Source: Eledone cirrhosa
Lineage: Eukaryota
Reading direction: 5' to 3'
Assembly (NCBI GenBank): GCA_964016885.1
Contig: OZ024741.1
Span: 380,184,001-380,248,000 of the forward strand
DNA length: 64,000 bases
The notes under the pieces were generated by a model. It was given only the letters and a program-made list of their open reading frames with translations. It made no database searches and was not told where the DNA came from. Of the stretch, positions 58,102-64,000 are shown in pieces. The position numbers and the translations under genes were made by a program. The first letter of the stretch is position 1, and each line of letters starts with the position of its first letter.

Positions 58102-59211
58102 ATAAAACATGGGCAAATACTTATAAAAACACATCAAGAAAATCAAAAAAAGATATAGATAAATGAAATAGAAATTGAAATATATAAAAATCTATCAAGA
58201 AATATAGTTACGTGTGTGTATATGTATGTATATACGCTCCCAGATGTGCATATATGTATATGTGTACATGTACATGTATAGTGAGAAAGTGTGCGTAATT
58301 CTAAAATAGAGCAAATGTATCTATATGTCTGTATTATACAAACAGAAATGGTTACATCGTAAATATACGAATATGAAGGCGCGCGCATAAAACGCCTGGA
58401 CACTCGTACGCTTAGGTGCGGAAAGAAAGGAGGTAAGGGAGTGTAATAATTAAAAGAAAAGGGTCAGTCTCGATATATTTATAAAAATATAATAACGATA
58501 AATTAGAAAGAAAAAATTAAAGAAAACAAAAAAAAGAGGGGTATATACATACACAGACACGCGTGTCTCACAAAAGAAATGTAAAAATAATTATACTTAT
58601 ATAAACACGCGCACTTACACTTCCATACGTTCGATACGTACATACACACACACACACACACATACCTATACTCACGCATATAAACCTGTTTACATGCCCA
58701 CGTATGAAACTGAGTAAGTAAAAAAAGGGTAAGGGGGGGGGGAGAAGAAAAAAGGAACAAAACATAAAACCGAGATGTCAAAAACACGGATATAAAGACA
58801 CGTACACATACGCATAATATATACATACACACACACACAAACACCTGTACACACACACACACATACACATACACACACACATATACATACACACACATAC
58901 ACACACGCACGCGCGCGCACATACGTAGTCACTCATGTACATATATAAAAAGTATACACACATTAAGGCGTTCAGCCATATTGAAATGTGGATAAATAAG
59001 TACAAATATAAAATTGTAAGATAGGCTGCGCAAAAATAAAATAAAAATGAAAATATCTGGATTGAAAAACACAAAAGACAAGTGTAATCAGTTCGTGGAG
59101 GAAAAAGGGAAGTAAAAGAAGGGGAAGTAAAAAATAGAAAATAGGAAGTGGATCGGAGAATAAAGGGGTGGGGAATGTGAAGTAAAAATAAATAAAAGTG
59201 AAAATAAATGA

Positions 59212-59422
59212 AATTATTGACAAGGATAAAAATGAAAGTAAGTCAGAAAGGGTAATTAAAAAGAGAATAATAAGAGTTTATGGAGGATAAGTATCTGAAA
59301 GTGTGTTAAGTTTATATGAGCTGGAAAGCAGGTGTGATTTCATGTGTGGGCAACTGGTGAAAATTTCCGTCTTTTTAATTACCCTTTCTGACTTACTTTC
59401 ATTTTTATCCTTGTCAATAATT
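59212..59422. repeat. Perfect ~53-bp inverted repeat abutting the truncated Helitron
   Basis: 59212-59264 is the reverse complement of 59370-59422. Confidence 0.9.
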
Positions 59423-62400
59423 TACAAACTTTATTCAATCAACACAACAAATTAATTCGATTGTTCAGAGCTGCCCTTGATAAATGCCAAGTGATGACTA
59501 CACAATTGTAGTTAGAGCAGACAAAACACCTGTTAGCCAACATCAAAGACCAATGCACCAACAATTGATGAAGTGGCGATCTTTATTGTAGGTGAAGAAT
59601 TTAACTCGCGCGATATAATTCTTCACCGCAGAAATGGTGATGTTCAGCGAGTCTCAGAAACGCATCGGTCATACGATGGTTTGCAATATCCGATTTTATT
59701 TTGGCAAGGAGAAGATGGATATCATTTCAACATCAAACTGAGAAATCCACAAACAGATGAGGAAACGAATAAGAAAGTCAGTGCCATGAATTATTATTCA
59801 TATAGATTAATGATTCGTGAAAACGGTGAAAATCATATTTTGAAATGTCGACAATTGTTCCATCAATACATTGTCGATATGTATGCAAAAATCGAAACGG
59901 AACGACTCCTGTACATTCGATTGAATCAAACCAAGCTACGTTCAGAAGAGTACATTCATTTACGTGATGCCATTGTTAATGATGGCAATATGAATCCTAA
60001 TGAATTGGGGAAAATTATCATGCTGCCGGCTACATTCACAGGTAGGCCACGGCACATGCGGGAATACGCACAAGATGCAATGACATATGTTCGCGCATAT
60101 GGCCGTCCAGATTTTTTTTATTACATTCACATGCAATCCTACGTGGGATGAAATTAAAGAACTTTTGTTACCTGGTCAATCGTCTTCGGATCGTCATGAT
60201 ATTACAGCCCATGTGTTCAAACAAAAATTGAAATCTTTAACGGATTTAATTGTCAAACATCATGTTTTGGGAGAGACACGCTGTTGGATGTTTTCCATTG
60301 AATGGCAAAAAAGAGGATTTCCACATGCACACCTTTTTATTTGGTTAATTGAAAAAGTCACAGCAGAAATACCAGATGTCGACGTTGATCCAAACTTATT
60401 TGAAGTCGTCACTAAAAACATGATTCATGGTCCATGTGGCTTACTCAACAACAATTCACCATGCATGTCTGATGAGAAATGCACGAAACAATACCCAAGA
60501 GACTTAGTTGCCGAGACTATCACTGGCAATGACGGATATCCACTCTATCGTCGACGAGCAACTGAAGATGGCGGCAAATCCATCACTTTAAAAGTACGAA
60601 ACAATTATGTTGAAGTCGATAATCGTTGGGTTGTACCATATTCACCGTTACTCTCAAAGACGTTCAAAGCACACATCAATGTCGAGTATTGCAATTCGGT
60701 GAAAGCGATCAAGTACATTTGCAAATATATCAACAAAGGAAGCGATATGGCAGTTTTTGGAGTGTGCAATGCAAATTCATCTATCGATGAAATCGACCAA
60801 TACCAACTGGGACGCTACATTAGTAGTAATGAAGCAGTATGGAGCATTTTATCATTTCCAATCCATTATCGACATCCAACAGTTGTTCATTTGGCGGTGC
60901 ACCTTGAAAATGAACAGGGCGTATACTTCACAACTGAAAATATACGTGCAAGGGCATTGACACCACCGCCAACAACGTTAACTGCGTTTTTCTCATTGTG
61001 CAGTGAAGATGTGTTTGCAAAGACACTACTTTATTCTGAAGTGCCAACATATTACACATGGAATACATCAACTAAAAAGTTTAAACGTCGCAAACAGGGT
61101 AAAGTAGTTGAAGGACAGCCCAATTTATATTCGACCGACGCGTTAGGCCGTTTGTACACTGTTCACCCAAATAATGCAGAATGCTTTTACTTGCGATTAT
61201 TGTTAATCAACGTACGTGGACCGACATCATTCCAAGAATTGAGAACAGTAAACGGTCAAGTATGTGCCACTTATCGTGAAGCTTGCCAAAAATTAAATCT
61301 TCTTGAAAATGATGGACATTGGGACACTTCACTCGCTGATGCATCGAATACTGCTCGACCACAGCAAATACGCACGTTATTCGCAATAATATTGACAACA
61401 TGCTTCCCATCAAATCCAAAATATCTTTGGGAAAAATACAAAGACTACATGAGTGAAGACATGCTACATCGTTTGCGTGCAACAAATCAAAATCTGAATA
61501 TTCAATTCACACCAATCGTGTATAATGAAGCATTGGTTTCGATTGAGGTCATATGTTTAGCAATCGCTAACAAAACACTGGTACAATTGGGAATGCCTGC
61601 GCCGAATCGATCTGTAAACGGCATTTTCGATCGTCATTTGCAACGAGAAACAAACTTTGATGTCGCCGAATTGGGTACATTTGTTCAAACGAATCTTCTG
61701 AAATTGGTACCAGAACAACGCATAGTATATGACAAAATTATGCAGGCAATTACAAATCAAAGCGGCGGATTGTATTTTATAGATGCGCCCGGTGGTACAG
61801 GTAAAACTTTTCTCATTTCACTTATTTTGGCAACTATACGATCACAAAATAATATTGTACAGGCAATCGCATCATCTGGAATTGCGGCAACTCTTTTGGA
61901 TGGTGGCCGAACTGCACATCCAGCACTGAAATTGCCATTGAATATGCAAATCACTGAGACACCAACATGCGATAACACCAAAAATTCTGGTATAGGTAAA
62001 GTACTCCAATCATGTCAAATCATTATATGGGACGAATGTACTATGGCGCACAAAAAATCATTGGAAGCGCTTAATAATACACTAAAAGATTTGAAAGGAA
62101 ATGAACAGCTCTTCGGTGGCACACTCATTTTATTGTCTGGTGATTTTCGACACACTCTACCAGTTATACCGCGATCAACACTCGCTGATGAGCTTAATGC
62201 ATGTCTCAAATCATCAGTTTTATGGCGACACGTACAGAAATTAACTTTAAAAACCAATATGCGTGTACAACTACAAAATGATGCATCCGCTGAACGTTTC
62301 ACAAAACAATTGCTGGATATTGGGAATGGGAAAATGGTAATCGATGAATCCACAAAATGTATGACATTGCCAACAAACTTCTGTAGAATCACGGCAACCA

Positions 62401-63070
62401 GAGACGAACTGATTCACAAAGTTTTCCCAAATATCGCGCAGCATTAAAAAATCATCAGTGGCTCAATGCACGTGCTATATTAGCAGTCAAAAACAACGAT
62501 GTCAATGCCATTAATTTCAGCATTCAAAACAAAATACCAGGCGAAGCGACAACGTATAAGTCCACCGATACTGTAATGAATCAAGACAAAATTATCAATT
62601 ATCCAACTGAATTCTTGAATTCACTTGATTTGCCAGGCGTGCCACCGTACATTTTAACATTGAAAATTGGCGTGCCTATCATCCTTCTCCGAAACATCAA
62701 TCCACCACAACTTTGCAACGGTACCAGGCTTTCAGTGAAAGAGATGATGAACAATATCATCGAAGCTACAATTTTAAATGGAAAATTAAAAGGAGAAGAT
62801 GTACTGTTGTCACGCATCGCAATGATTCCGACAGATACGCCATTCGAATTCAAACGTTTGCAGTTTCCGGTGCGACTCGCCTTTGCAATGACTATCAACA
62901 AAGCACAAGGACAATCGCTACAAGTGTGTGAACTAAATTTAGAAAATCCATGCTACTCACATGGACAGCTGTATGTGGCTTGCTCACACGTCGGTAAACC
63001 TTCTGATTTATTCGTGTACGCACCAGAAGGAAAAACAAAAAACATTGTGTATCCAAAAGCACTTCAGTAA
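59423..63070 (+). pseudogene. Helitron Rep (HUH) and Pif1-family helicase, frameshifted
   Basis: FITFTCNP, IEWQKRGFPHAHL, KYICKYINKG, DAPGGTGKT, WDECTM, GDFRHTLPV, FAMTINKAQGQS, HGQLYVACS; breaks at ~60115 and ~62447. Confidence 0.95.
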
Positions 63071-63259
63071 AATAAATTAAATGTTCTTATAACGAGTTTT
63101 CTTTAAATTCATCAGTCATTCAGTCATTTAAAGATAAATGTTAAGATCTAAAAAATAGAAACTAAATTAGAGAAGTTTTTAAATAACGATAAAAATGTTA
63201 ATATTAATGTTTTCTAAATAAGCTTTTTAACACCGAGCGAAGCCGGGTAGCTCCGCTAG
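59423..63259 (+). mobile_element. 5'-truncated Helitron
   Basis: Rep-helicase reading frames; 3' hairpin CCGAGCGAAGCCGG then CTAG|T at 63256-63260, followed by (TA)n. Confidence 0.97.
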
Positions 63260-63379
<120 letters not shown>

Positions 63380-64000
63380 GCATGTGTTCCAGTTTAATTC
63401 ACCAAACCTTAAACAAGTACTATGTATATGTACAGTTCCTGTTCGTAATTTCAGTCTGATTCAATTCATATGTCATCCTATGAATAGGTTCCTGTCCTGA
63501 AAGACTAATAGAATGCAAATATGTATGTTGATTTTCAATTCTTACATAATAAACTTCATTAACTCTGCACAACTCATTCAGTATAAATCATTAGCATAGC
63601 TTTTGATAGGCATGAATTCATTTTAATTAGGACACTTTAATTAAACCAATTCAATCAAGTCTGAACAAATGGAAAAGTGTGTCTCTCCTGACTAAATTTA
63701 GGTAATATATTTATATATTCTTCAATAATTTCTGCAATATAATTTCTCTAGAACATTGTCAGAATATACATTTAAATAGTTAGAATTCCCATGACATCAA
63801 AACGCAGTCTATATACCTTAAACAAAGTTTACTTATTTTTATGAAATCAGGATGTCACTGTTTTGTCTTCTATATTTTAACTATTTAAGAGATGATGTCT
63901 TATGTTGGAAGTATTAAAACTGTTTAAATACATTTTTTAAATGTTTTTTGTATTTTATGAATTTCCTATGTAGAGTTCTATAAAAATAGAAAAAGATTGA

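Overview
AT-rich eukaryotic non-coding DNA, probably from a cephalopod (inferred from the SINE, RTE and microsatellite content). It is built almost entirely of transposon remains separated by (TA)n tracts. It holds two Rep-Pif1 Helitrons plus non-autonomous Helitrons, several RTE-clade LINE fragments, tRNA-derived SINEs and many Penelope-like element (PLE) pieces, including a Naiad-like RT/GIY-YIG copy and Nematis-like GIY-YIG tails. Two features stand out. (1) About 20 type I hammerhead ribozyme (HHR) motifs, read by eye on both strands, from several sequence families and mostly within a few hundred bp of a (TA)n tract; several share a recurring CCGA(N)GA core variant. (2) At least ten fold-back (inverted) duplications anchored on (TA)n. 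Some copy the PLE itself; others copy unrelated neighbouring DNA (RTE, SINE), which suggests a TA-anchored template-switching process. Most ORFs in the supplied track are microsatellite artefacts. No host gene is firmly identified; only weak candidate exons are seen. Coordinates were read manually and may be off by a few bases.
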